DNA from: Somniosus microcephalus
Taxonomy: Eukaryota
NCBI GenBank assembly: GCA_052327205.1
Contig: JBMRGM010000043.1
Coordinates: 31,310,001 to 31,374,000, forward strand
Direction: 5' to 3'
DNA: 64,000 bases
A program made the translations under genes and the position numbers. How positions within the stretch are numbered: position 1 is the first letter of the stretch; every line of letters begins with the position of its first letter. Of the stretch, positions 38,029 through 49,789 are shown piece by piece. The notes beneath the pieces are model-generated. The model saw only the letters and a list, made by a program, of their open reading frames with translations, was not told the DNA's origin and ran no database searches.

Positions 38029-38295
38029 CTTCTGATATGAATTTAACTCTGGAAGTGAATCCAACATCCGCACTGTCAGGTGACAGTATTATCCTGAAAT
38101 GTTTGATGCCTTCCTGGAAATGGAGAGAAGGTTTTCCCTTCCTGTGGTATCGAGATAAACAGTTAATAGCAGAAACTGACGAATCTCAGTACACCATAGA
38201 AAACGCAAAAGAGTCAGATACGGCACCATATCGGTGTGAACTCAAAATACGTTACAGGAAGTGGATCTCCCCGAATGTAACCATCACCATAAAAA
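38029..38295 (+). CDS. Gene B Ig exon 2 (SDMNLTLEV..LKC..FLWY..YRCELK..VTITIK)
   Basis: tttgcag acceptor, a/gttggt donor, 267 nt. Confidence 0.88.
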
Positions 38296-38377
38296 GTTGG
38301 TCACTGCTTTTCTTTTTCATTTTCTTTATTTGATCTGGTAATGAGCTGTTGAAGGATGTGAAGTATTCTAAGAATCC

Positions 38378-38680
38378 TTGGCCTATATATGACTGCACAA
38401 CCACAGAAATGTGGTTGACTCTTAATCCCCTCTGAAATGGCTTGGCAAGCTACTAAGTTTTATCAAAGCACTAGAAAAAACTGTAAGATTAAAACTTGGA
38501 GGAACACCTGGCATTGAACTAGGCATCATATTCGGACACAGATAAGACACACAGTCAACCCTGCAAAGCCCTCCTCCCTAACATCTGGGGACTTCTGCAA
38601 AAATTGGGACAGCTGTCCCACAGACCAGTCAAGCAATAGCCTGTCATAGTGATGATCACAGAATCATACCTTCCAACCAA
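38378..38680 (+). mobile_element. LINE 5'UTR plus endonuclease N-terminal fragment
   Basis: Translates LLPNIWGLLQKLGQL..*PVIVMITESYL (APE motifs); upstream part aligns with 25140-25240. Confidence 0.65.
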
Positions 38681-39083
38681 TGTGGTGGCTGGGTGGTGAC
38701 AGAGTGATGTAACTGTGAATATTTGCAGAATTCACAGTGATCATAGTAGATGTTGAGACACAGCAGGGAATAGCGAAAAGAGCAAAGTTCTATTGAAGGA
38801 TTCATACTTGAATAAGTCTTGCACAGCGTGGAGTTTCTGTATCAGCAGAATATATTAAGCAGATTAAGTTCTCCGCAAACAAAGCAGCGAGTGGAAATCC
38901 ATAACAATATAGTAATGCTGCCTACTGGAGTGTTCCACAATACAGCTGCTGGTTACCATTTAGTACAGTCGCACCTCGTGGTGGTTCTTGGTATATCCTT
39001 GCTCTTGTTATCAATAATCTCTGCTATTTGTTTAACTATATGAGATGAATTCTTACCTCCCAATCCATATTCTGTTTTCACCG

Positions 39084-39360
39084 AACTCTTCTCCAAACCT
39101 AAACTGAGGACTGAGCCTGCAGTTAAAATATTTGAGGTAGACCAGTTAAAATTCATTTTTTTATTGAAACAATGCTGTTCAATATTAGGCTTCAATACAC
39201 ATTTCACAAAAATGGCAAAGCTCTGCAGTTGAATTCATACATCAACTCTAAGCACATGGGGGCAGCTTCTTTGAAGGGCTCGGTGACTTAGCCTTGTTGA
39301 GCAAATGCTTTCTACCACCGTGATAACAACAGAGTGATGAGGTTTCCATTACGGTAGAAG
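39084..39360 (+). pseudogene. Pseudo-exon homologous to gene A Ig exons 4/7
   Basis: Acceptor cag changed to ccg, frameshift at the first Cys, in-frame tag/tga near the second Cys. Confidence 0.85.
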
Positions 39361-41122
39361 GTAAATAGAACCAGCTGTAATTACTGTTCATCTTTCATTT
39401 AAAGAATTCTTCAGGGGATTATAGATAAATAAATATACGGGAGGGATCCAATGTGGAAAAAGATTTACTCCCAGCTTTATCACATAATAAATCAATTTTG
39501 GATGTGATCTGTTTAAATCAAAGCGCCACCTGGTTCTATAAAAAATCCATACATTTACTGAAACCCACACTTGTAATAGCTGCAACGTTTGAAGACCAGT
39601 GTCCACTCCCAGTGGCTAATATTAGCTTCCTGCAATAGTGTCGAATGGGCGATACTGAATTTGCCTCCCATTATATGTCTCTCCCGTGTTTGCTTCGCAT
39701 CATTATCATTGGACAGGAACATCGTGCGTGGTGTACAATTGGTGCAAGATTCGATACCACGCGTTTTACACCATGGATCCAAGGTCAAGTTACCTCCTCT
39801 GTTTCTGTCTGACTGAATCAGCAACGAGCAGAACCTGGTCAGGAACAGCACGGTGTTTAATCAGACAGTGCCTTACCACTTACTAGTCCCGGCAATCGTT
39901 GCTAGCTGAAATCTCGGTGCTAAAATTTAACTTGGAGAGTGCAGTAGATAATTGGCAGACAAGGAAATCGAATTTCACCTGTGTGTAGATAGTATGGCCA
40001 ATGAGCTACTACCGGTTTTGCACCCCAGACAAACTTGAATTTCCACCCCTCCAATTTCAGTAGAGGGGGATGACGGGGTGGCAAAACGCCGGAGGCTATT
40101 GAAGGCTGAGCCTCTGATGTCCGGCCTCTCGATTGCATTCAGTTAGAATCTGCCAATCATAACTCTATCTTTACATTTTAAAAGGAGCAGGCAATCAGAA
40201 CACCAAGTGGGTGTTATCGATCCTGTGTCATCAGTGGATTTTCAAAGAATTGCATTGTCCATAGCTGAGCGTTTAACATGAATGTCCTAAAATGTGAAGG
40301 TTCGCACACAGGGATTGATCCGTGAAGTAAGGGCCTTACCTATATGTTCAACATGCACTGAATACATAAATAACTAAATTATTGTCGCATAGACAACAGG
40401 GGAAAGGAAATAATAGCATGTTTATACAACACATTCGTGAGGCCACAGATACTGTGTCCAATGTCCTGCCTTCCATTTTAAAGAGAACAGTAAAATCACA
40501 GAAAACGGGCAGCGTTGATTCACCAGATGACGCCAGGGATGGAAAACTTTATTCACCAGAATAGACTTGAGCTACTGGCACGAACACTACCGGAGTAGCC
40601 ATGGCTAAGAGTTATTTCATTACTGTTTATTACATGATAAGACCGAGATAGGGTGATAAGGGAATGGTATTTACTCTGATTGCGAAGACAGGAAGGAGGG
40701 ATCATTGATGTATAATTATCAATATAAGCGGGAGGATAGCTTAGAAGAACGTTCTTTATTCGAGGATTGCTGGAACAAAGAATGATTGGCCAAGTGGAGC
40801 AGTGGAGTTAGATGCAATTGCATTTAGGTAGATAGTGTTTATGGTACTGGAATAGTGCAGAGTTAGTAGGAATCAGTACCAGGCCAGAGATAGTAGGGTG
40901 GCCACTAGTGGAATGCAATAGGAATCATTGCAGTTCCAGAATCAGTTTTTCCTCTATTAATTCCACTGACTGCTGAAGTAGGAGAGGGGCACGGGCGCCC
41001 AAGATTGGAGTGGTAACCTAAATGACGAGGCTCTTTATTTTGATGAGAGCCCTATTTCACTTTGAAAGTAATACTACAAATTCCACAAAAGCAATGTAAT
41101 TGACAAATGGTTATATTTACAG

Positions 41123-41410
41123 GAATCCCAGTGTCCAAACCGGAACTGGCAATCAGCCCTGGTAAAGAGTTACTGGAAGGTGACACAGCGTCGTTAACCT
41201 GCTCAGTGTTCAACGGTTCTACCCCGATTACCTACATATTCTACAAAGGCCCAAATAAAGAACTCTTCCGAGAGGAGTCCAACCTAACCGAAATTACTTA
41301 CCAAATCGGTAAAGTCAACCAAAGCACCCAAGGGGATTATATTTGTGGTGTTTCAAACGAAGCGACCAGACGTCCTCTACACAGCGATTTTGTTACGGTT
41401 GCAGTGCTAG
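41123..41410 (+). CDS. Gene B Ig exon 3 (IPVSKPEL..; paralog of gene A exon 9)
   Basis: ttacag acceptor, ag/gtgagt donor, 288 nt. Confidence 0.9.
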
Positions 41411-43071
41411 GTGAGTTATTATAAATACCTCTGAGGCAGAACGAAACAAGTGACTCAGTGAGAACAGTCCGGGAATCACTGCTTTTGCCAATAGCTTGGA
41501 CGTTGTAACATCTTCTTTGACATTCTTCTGTGTGAAGTGAGGCACTGCGCCATTTACATTAAACAGGTGAATGCCTAAAAAGAACAAGAATGTCATCTGA
41601 TTGCATCAAGTATTGGTCTACAAACTGCAACTGTTAGTTGTAGATTTAAAACGGCCGATCAGTCTGTTTAATTGACAAATTGAGAGAAGTTATACAGAGA
41701 GGTTAATGACGACTCAAATCTTAATACCATCGGCAGTAATTTTTGGGCTATAAATTTTAGAACATCATCTCTTAACCGTAGCTGCTAATACTTTTGTATT
41801 TGTATATGGGATTGGGCGTCGCTGGCAACATTTGCTTTAATTGGCCATCCCTAATTGCCCTTGAGAAGGTAGTGGTGAGCCACCTTCTTGAACCGCTGCA
41901 GTCCACGTGGTGAAGGTACTCCCACAGTGCTGTGAGGGAGGGAGTTCCAGGATATTGACGCAGCAGCGATGAAGGATCGGCGATATACTTCTAAATCAGG
42001 GCAATGTGTGGCTTGGAGGGGACCTTGGAGGTGATGGTGTTTCCATGCCCCTGCGGCCCTTGTCCTTCTTGGGGGAAGAGGTCGCGGGTTTGGGAGGTGC
42101 TGCCGAAGAAGCCTTGGCGAGTTGCTGCAGTGCATCTTGTAGATGGTGCACACTGCAGCCACGGTGTGCCAGTGGTGGAGGGAGTGAATGTTTAAGGTGG
42201 TGGATGGGGTGACAATCAAGGGGGCTGCATTGTCCTGATGGTGTTAAGATTCTTTAGTGTTGTTGGAGCTGCACTCACTAGAAAAGTGGAGAGTATTCCA
42301 TCACACTCCTTAATTGTGCCTTGTAGATGGTGGAAAGTCTTTGTGGAGTCAGGAAGTGAGATACGCGCCAGAGATTACCTAGACTCTGACCTGCTCGTGC
42401 TGATGATATATTTCAAGCTCAGTTGGACAATATAGGTTCCATCCCTATATTATTGGAAGATTGGCAACAGTGGAGCCCTCAGGCTTTCGGCCCGAATTAG
42501 GCTTTGCTCTGAAGCGGGCCATTGTAACTTTAGCCGAAGGTGAAACATGGGTCATATCGTAGAGTTCGCCCATTATAATCAACGTCATATGTTTCCTTCC
42601 ATTGCCTGGTGGATTCCCCCCGCATTGTTCTGTATGTAACTCAGCGCAAGTTGTACTGATGGCTCATTGTCACCACCACATTGAGGCCGGTGACAAAGGA
42701 AATCTGCACATGTTTCAGTGCATTAACGAACCTACCTGAAAACAATCATCTTGTTTGTCCACTCGCTATATTTCCCGTTTCATATACAGTCCTGTTGAAA
42801 ACTTTCAATTTTGGAAGAAAACCTACTATTTGGTGTTATGTGTCGAAACATTAGTTAGAACTAATATTCACTATCACTAATGGAACAGCGCAAGGACAAT
42901 TCTGAACTAAATATTTTCGCCAATGCATTTACACCTGATCAACAATTCTTGCACCAGTCTGATTTATTTATCTGATTTAATCTAAGATAGTACTCAAAAT
43001 AGGTTTCAATGTTGAATTGTAACTTGCAGAATTAATTCTCTACATCTTTAATCTGATCTGCTTTCCACTAG

Positions 43072-43374
43072 TTCCTGCAGCTGGTGCTTCTCTCACTTCC
43101 AATGCCAACAAAACTGAGATTTCAGCGGGGGACCGTCTCTTTCTCCAGTGCCTGGTGAAGAGAGGCACTGCACTGCTTTTCCGCTGGTACCTGAACAACC
43201 AACAGTTAGGAAACAACAGCGAATCTTATCACTTAAGCAGGGACGGGAGTGAACTCATTATCAATTCATTCCAGACAGGCCATGGAGGTCGATATCACTG
43301 TGTAGCGACCAACAGAGGGAGCTTTGAAGGAATAGTAATGACAACCAGCAATTATATCGATGTCACGGTACCAT
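43072..43374 (+). CDS. Gene B Ig exon 4, membrane proximal (VPAAGASL..LQCLVKRGT..FRWY..GRYHCVATN..IDVTVP)
   Basis: cactag acceptor (alternative in-frame ctgcag at 43080), weak t/gtaaca donor, 303 nt. Confidence 0.8.
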
Positions 43375-44204
43375 GTAACAGAACATTGTGCTTGATCTAA
43401 TTTTATGAAATACTTTTCTTCCGTCAAAGTAAACAGTATATTGAATTTGCATGACTTATATCTCATAAAGAAAACATCGCAGCTCAGGTGAAAATTTATA
43501 AGTATAGTTTCTGATTAAGAAATTGAACTTAACTAGGTGAAAATCGTGCTGAAATAAACGAGCAAATTTTCACAAGGGTGCTTTTGAAGTTGAAATTGAT
43601 AAGGATACAAAGCAGAGCCATGGTCATAAAGTGACAGAGAGGGGAAGTTTGGGAGGGGTGAGCAAAAACCTGGCTGCAAATATGGTTCCTGTGAGGATGT
43701 TTGAAGCAGGCTGTAGTAGAGGTGGTTTAGGAGAGTAGAGCCAAAGCACTTTCACTAATGGTGTGACACAGGAAGCGCGTGAGCCCAATAGGCCACAAAT
43801 TAACTGACTGAGGGCTGTAAGGATGGAGATATAATTGGAGGATATATGTAAGAAATATAGTGAACATGAGGACCAGGTGTTTAAAATTGTTACATTCGAG
43901 GACAGGAAGCTAGATTGGAAAAGTGGCGAGTAGGAATTGGTGTGGGACAGGGATGTCTTGTTTAGTTGTAGTTTGTGGATGGCGGCGTTGGGAGCTCAGA
44001 AAGGAAGGCATGGTAATAATCGACCCTAGAGCTGACAAATCCATGGACCAATGTTCCAGGTTCGTGGGTCTCAGGTGGGTAGAAATGGAATCCATTCAGT
44101 GCAGATTTTAAAAACAATTTTAATTTGGTGTATGGTGCGGTGTTGAATTTGTAATGCTTGGAATGGTTTTATGCTATTCATGTAATAAGTTTGTTTGATT
44201 CCAG

Positions 44205-44306
44205 CACAAAGTCACACAACCGCGATCACAGCAACAGTTCTTCCACTTTTTCTGATCGCTGCCCTGATTGCACTGGTTTTCTTCAAACTTCGGAAGCAGA
44301 AACAAG
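44205..44306 (+). CDS. Gene B transmembrane exon (TAITATVLPLFLIAALIALVFFKLRKQKQ)
   Basis: ttccag and ag/gtgagc; uncharged helix. Confidence 0.92.
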
Positions 44307-44831
44307 GTGAGCAGTGTCTTCCGGGCAGGTGATTGGCTCGACAGACACGGGATGGGATTCATTACCCAACATATTCAGTTGCATCATTCGAAATGTAACA
44401 GACTGATTTGAGAGGGAGAGGCACAGTTTGGGCAGGAGTGCAAAGAGTTATTTACATGGATGAATTCGGTTGATGAACTCAGCTTGCTTAGTTGAGGATA
44501 TGTTTCCGCTTCTACCATTCTCAAAAGGAATAAATCTGTGCCAGGGGGAGAATAATAACTGGCACGTGGTTAGGAAGAGAATGTGAAATCTGCTTGATGA
44601 TTTGTAATGATTGGTGATATCTTAAATTTTTCCAGAAGTTCTTTGTGCATTCGTGCTCTGTTTTATTTAATTATTGATATAAATGCACGTGTGTAACAGT
44701 TTTTAATTATTAACAATGAAAATGCTTACTGTCTGACGATTATTTAAGGAAACCAAAACCATCTCTAGGCAGTAGAAGTGCCATATTTATTGCACAACTT
44801 GCTGAAATATGTCTCTTTCTATTTTATCCAG

Positions 44832-44862
44832 ACAATTCCTCAAGTGTTTCACAGCCGCAGGG
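44832..44862 (+). CDS. Gene B cytoplasmic exon 1
   Basis: Identical to 15917-15947. Confidence 0.85.
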
Positions 44863-45129
44863 GTAAGTCTGCAAAATCTTTATATTAGTCCATCGTAACT
44901 ATATCCATGATTATACTGAAAGCTGAAAATCCTCTTTGGCCCGGGTGCAAATTATACGCCCCCAATTGGAACTGAATATTGGACTCGACATAGACGGTCG
45001 CTAGTTGCGCCTTTTATGCCTCCACGTACAAGTGGAATTTCACGCCATAGTCCCTGATATAGCTCCGATGGAGACGGTTGGAATGTTTAAGTGCTGAATA
45101 CTCTCTTTTTTGGTTCTTGCTTTTTAGTT

Positions 45130-46760
45130 TATCAACAGGTCAGTCAGCCTAACATAGTTATTGGAAACCATTATTAGGGAAAAAATAAACATTAATTTGT
45201 AAAGACATTGTTTAATCAAGGAGATGCAACATGGATTTGTTAAAGGAAATCATGTGTGACTAACTTGATTGAATATTTGATGAGTTAACAGAGACTTTTG
45301 ATCAAGATGGTGTAGTAGATGTTGCATATATTGACTTGCAGAAGGCAGTCATCCGAGGCTTGTTAAAAAAGATGTAAACCCATGGGATTAAGGGAAAGTG
45401 GCGTTATGGATACAGAATGGGCTCGGTGACAGGAAGCAGAGAGTGGTGGTGGATGGATATTTCTCAGACGGGGAGGTGGTTTTGCAGTGGTGTTCCCCAA
45501 CAGTCATTTTGGGGTCCAGTACTCTTTGAATTTTAATGACTGACCTAGACAAAGGTGTAAGGAGCAACATTGTAAATCTGCAGATGATACATAACTTGGC
45601 CAGGTAGTAGATTGTGATGAGGATAGTTGTAGTCTTCAGGGTGACATAGACAGGAATGGTTAAATGGGCAGAAGCATGGCAGATGGAGTTCAACCTGGAA
45701 CTGTGAAGTGATGTACTTTTGGAGAACTAATCTGGAAAGACAATATACAACAAAAGCCACGATTTTGAAAAGTGTAGATGAGCAGAAATACTTTGGTGTG
45801 CATATACACAAATCCTTAAATATGCCATGGCAAGTAGATAAGTTGGTTAAAGCAGCATATGGATCATTTGTTTTTTTTAAATAGCGGCTTATAATGTAAA
45901 AGCAAAGAGAACAAGCTAGAACTTTATGAATCAATGTTTAGGTCTCAGCTGGACAATTCATGGTAGCAACTCATCAAGGCTTCTTCGGCAGCAGCTCCAA
46001 AACACGCAAACTCTTCCAACTAGAAGGACAAGGGCAGCAGGCGCATGGGAACACCACCACCTCCAAGTTCCCCTCCAAGTCACACACCATCCTGACTTAG
46101 AAGTATATCGCCGATCCTTCATCGCCGCTGGGTCAAAATCCTGGAACTCCCTCCCTAACAGCACTGTGGGATTACCTTCACCACACGGACTGCAGCAGTT
46201 CAAGAAGGCGGCTCACCACCACCTTCTCAAGGGGCAACTAGGGATGGGCAATAAATGCTGACCTTGCCAGCGACACCCACATCCAAAATACGAATAAAAC
46301 CACACTTCAGGAAACATAGTAAGAGGCAAAGAAAGGTTACAGCGGAGGTTTACAGGATATTACAAGGGATGAGGGACTTTATTTACAAGCAGTGGTTGGA
46401 TAATTAGGACATGGAATAGAGAAGGTTAAGAGGTGAGCCATTAGAGATTTTCAAGGGGATGAGAAGTTTTGTTAGAGTAGATAGAGAAACAATATTCCCT
46501 CTTGGTCAATAACAGAGGTCATAGATTTAACATCATTGTATAAAGATCTTGAGGGGAGATGTGGAGAAATATTTTTCAATGAGAGAGTTGTCGGGATGTA
46601 GAATGCTCTACCTGAAAATTTGGTGGAAGCTATTTCCATCAATAACTTTAGCAGTGAGTTGGACGGATCGTTGACCATGAGGACCATTTAGGGCTGCGGA
46701 CAACAGCCAGGGATATGGGACTAAGTACGATTGCTCCTTCAAGGCGTTCTATGTTCTGTA
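45130..46760 (+). mobile_element. Old CR1 RT fragment with nested LINE tail (about 45955-46300)
   Basis: Paralogous to 16245-17860. Confidence 0.75.
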
Positions 46761-46862
46761 TATCTACTTCTGAAATCTATGATTCTGTAACATTTCGTTA
46801 AAAGTTAACTTTGCGTTGTTGATGCATGAATCCTAAATATCTGAGAACATTTTCGTGCACAG

Positions 46863-46954
46863 TGTGGCAACTGAAAATAAATCTCTAACCCCGAGTGAAG
46901 AAACATCTGCGAACAATTTCGAGTATGCAGTTGTGGGATCAGCCCGAAATACCG
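46863..46954 (+). CDS. Gene B cytoplasmic exon 2 (..NNFEYAVVGSARNT)
   Basis: cacag and g/gtaagc, 92 nt. Confidence 0.82.
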
Positions 46955-47943
46955 GTAAGCGTGAACTGACACATGTGAAAAATATGGTAGATTGTTCATG
47001 GTAACATTGGTTCTGCCGCTAACCCATCGTATCTTCGGTGGAATATCGGTAAATATTCAGGGAAACGGCCATATATGCATGGCTTGCGGCAATATTCCAC
47101 TGACGTTGTGACAGGACATGGTGGAAATCACCCATGGACATTGGAGTTCTTCATCTGCAAGCATTCAGCATACCCTCGTGTTAGATTCCCATCTTATTGT
47201 CTGGGTATTAAGCATCGCGTGGGTCGAGCATACTCAGGGAAATAGTTGAGGCACTTGGCACGGTTCTATTGAACCATGTTAGTGGAAAGAAAAGCTGGTG
47301 GGTTCCGTAAAGGATGTGCCTGTTGCCCCAGCAGACTGAGCAGTCTGCGCTCTTTGCAGGTGATGCTAACTGTTCCGATGCCAAAACAAAAATCTACCCC
47401 CTATTCCCTTTTAGTTTTGAATTCATTATTTCCTCTACCTCTCATTTTTCTTTTTCTGATGGTAGTGGTTCTCAATCGGCCGGGATTGATAGGTGGACAT
47501 CTGGGTGCTAGTCCAAAGTTTTAATCTCGGAACCTGATAATCCGACATAAGGAACAATATCTTGAGTACTAAATTGATTTGGGGAACTGTCTCCTCCCCA
47601 CCATTACAAATCAACTTTCCAAGCAAAGGATGCTGGAACTGGTCCTCAGCCCGATATCTGGGTGCCTGGAATGGAGTAATCAGAGAATATGCTTCTCACC
47701 GTCACCCTGTTTACAAGCAAGCGACTCAGCCCAGCCCTATGGCTTGGGACCAAAACACTTCATGAATTTGCTCACGGGACGGTGGATCAGCTTGTATTGA
47801 TCAGGATAATTAGTTGCTTAATTTTAATACCAGTAAACACAGCAGTAAATTTCCAATCATGAATTGTAGGTTGTGTCTGGTATCTAAATGCTTCCTTAAT
47901 TAACTATGTCATTGAGCACAGTTTCCATTTTTTCTCTCTGCAG

Positions 47944-48000
47944 CTTCTATTTCCAATCATATAATCTACAGTGTAGTCCAAGGCACGAAACCTATGGAAG
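47944..48000 (+). CDS. Gene B cytoplasmic exon 3a with ITIM IIYSVV
   Basis: ctgcag and ag/gtaaga, 57 nt. Confidence 0.85.
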
Positions 48001-48779
48001 GTAAGAATTCGCCTTGTTACTTGGCTGGAGGGATTTGTATATCTCATAGGGCTTCATAACTACTGTGAGGGTAGCGACTGTCTTCAGACTGTGAGAAGTA
48101 ATCTGGGAAGGGTCTGAATCGATTGATGCATTATAGGACTGGCACCACAATTACAGTATTTGTAAATGACAAAATCACTATTGGCACTTTGTAAGTTCCA
48201 TCTCTCGGGAGTAGTATCCTTAGAACCTGCACACGAACTCCACTGTTCTGGTTTTTAGATAACTATTGTGTGGAATATCGTAATTGGCCAGACTCTTAAT
48301 GTCACCATAAAATGCAACGACGATAACAAATCCTTAATATAACTCGATCGATACAGTTGAAGGCAAGTAACGTGTACATTTGGCAAACATAATCCATTCT
48401 TGGACATTTAAATCAATGCTATGCAATTAATGGTTATATAACTGAGGGGAATGATATGCTCTAATTCCATGCACTATATACATATTATGGATACTAATAC
48501 GATTTTCTCAATTCATTATCGCTGTCAATTAATTTATACCAAGCAATCAGTCAGTCTAGCTCTGTAAATAGGTATCCATGTGTCCATCAATATCTTTCTA
48601 TCTATGACTTTGCTCACGGGCCTGTGGAGCAGCTTTTATTGATCAGGTTAATTAGTTGCTTCATTTTAAAACCAGTGAACACAGCAGTAAATTTCCAATC
48701 ATGAATTGTAGGATGGATCTGGTATCTAAGTGCTTCCTTGATTATCATTGATCGCAGTTTCCTCTTTCTCGCTCTACAG

Positions 48780-48836
48780 CTTCTAGTTCTGATCAGATAA
48801 CCCACAGTTTAGTACAAGGCACGAAGCCCATGGAAG
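48780..48836 (+). CDS. Gene B cytoplasmic exon 3b (ITHSLV, Tyr lost)
   Basis: ctacag and ag/gtaagg, 57 nt; lies in an about 840 bp tandem duplication. Confidence 0.78.
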
Positions 48837-49601
48837 GTAAGGATTCGCTGTGTTACTTTGCTGGAGGGCTTGTTAACTACTGTAAGGGTAGTGACTGTCT
48901 TCAGATTGTGAGACATCATCTGGGAAGAGCCTGAATCGATTGATGCATTATAGGACTGAAACCACAATACCAGTATTTGTAAATGAAAAAAATCACTATA
49001 GGCACTTTGTAAGTTCCATCTCTCGGGAGTAGTATCCTTAGAACCTGCACACAAACTCCCCTGTTCTGATTCTTAGATAACATCATAATTGGCCGGACAA
49101 TTAATGTTGCCATAAACTGCAATGACGATAACAAATGCTTAATATAAGTCGATCAATAAAGTTGAAGGCAAATAATGTGTACTTTTGGTGGCAAACATCA
49201 TCCATTCTTGGACATTTAAAACAATGCTATTCAATTAATGGTTATATATCATCCTTATTAAACTTATGGAAATGACATCATCTATTCCCATGCACTAAAT
49301 TCATATTATGGATACTAATACGGTTGTCTCAATACATTATCGCTAGCAATTAATTTATATCAAGCAATCAATCAGTCTACCTCTGTAAATAGCTATCCAT
49401 GTATCCATCAATATCTTTCTATCTATGTATCTATCTATCTTTATATCTATCTTCCAAATATCTATGTATCTTTCTATCTATCACTCCATGTCTTCCTCCC
49501 TATTTCTCTATATATATCTATCGTCCCTCTATCATCTATATATTAATCCATCTTAATGAAGCCTTATTTTTGTCTTGTTTTCTCTTTTTGTTTCTGTTTA
49601 G

Positions 49602-49667
49602 ATATTACCGGAAATGCTGCCAATTTAGTGTATTCGGAGGTCACGATCAGAAAGTCACGAGGCTGTG
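49602..49667 (+). CDS. Gene B cytoplasmic exon 4 with ITIM LVYSEV
   Basis: tttag and g/gtaatt, 66 nt. Confidence 0.88.
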
Positions 49668-49789
49668 GTAATTTCTGTCAATTGTTCGCAGCTGTTGCTA
49701 AGCAAGATGATAATTACAGTTCTACATAATGTTGGGTTATTCCTCTGCTTGATATAGTGGGAATGAGGTACATGGACTGTAAACTAAAT

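Noticed and set aside
15288-44306. Paired activating receptor
   Set aside because: Neither TM has a charged residue and both tails carry ITIMs; the gene C TM is outside the window
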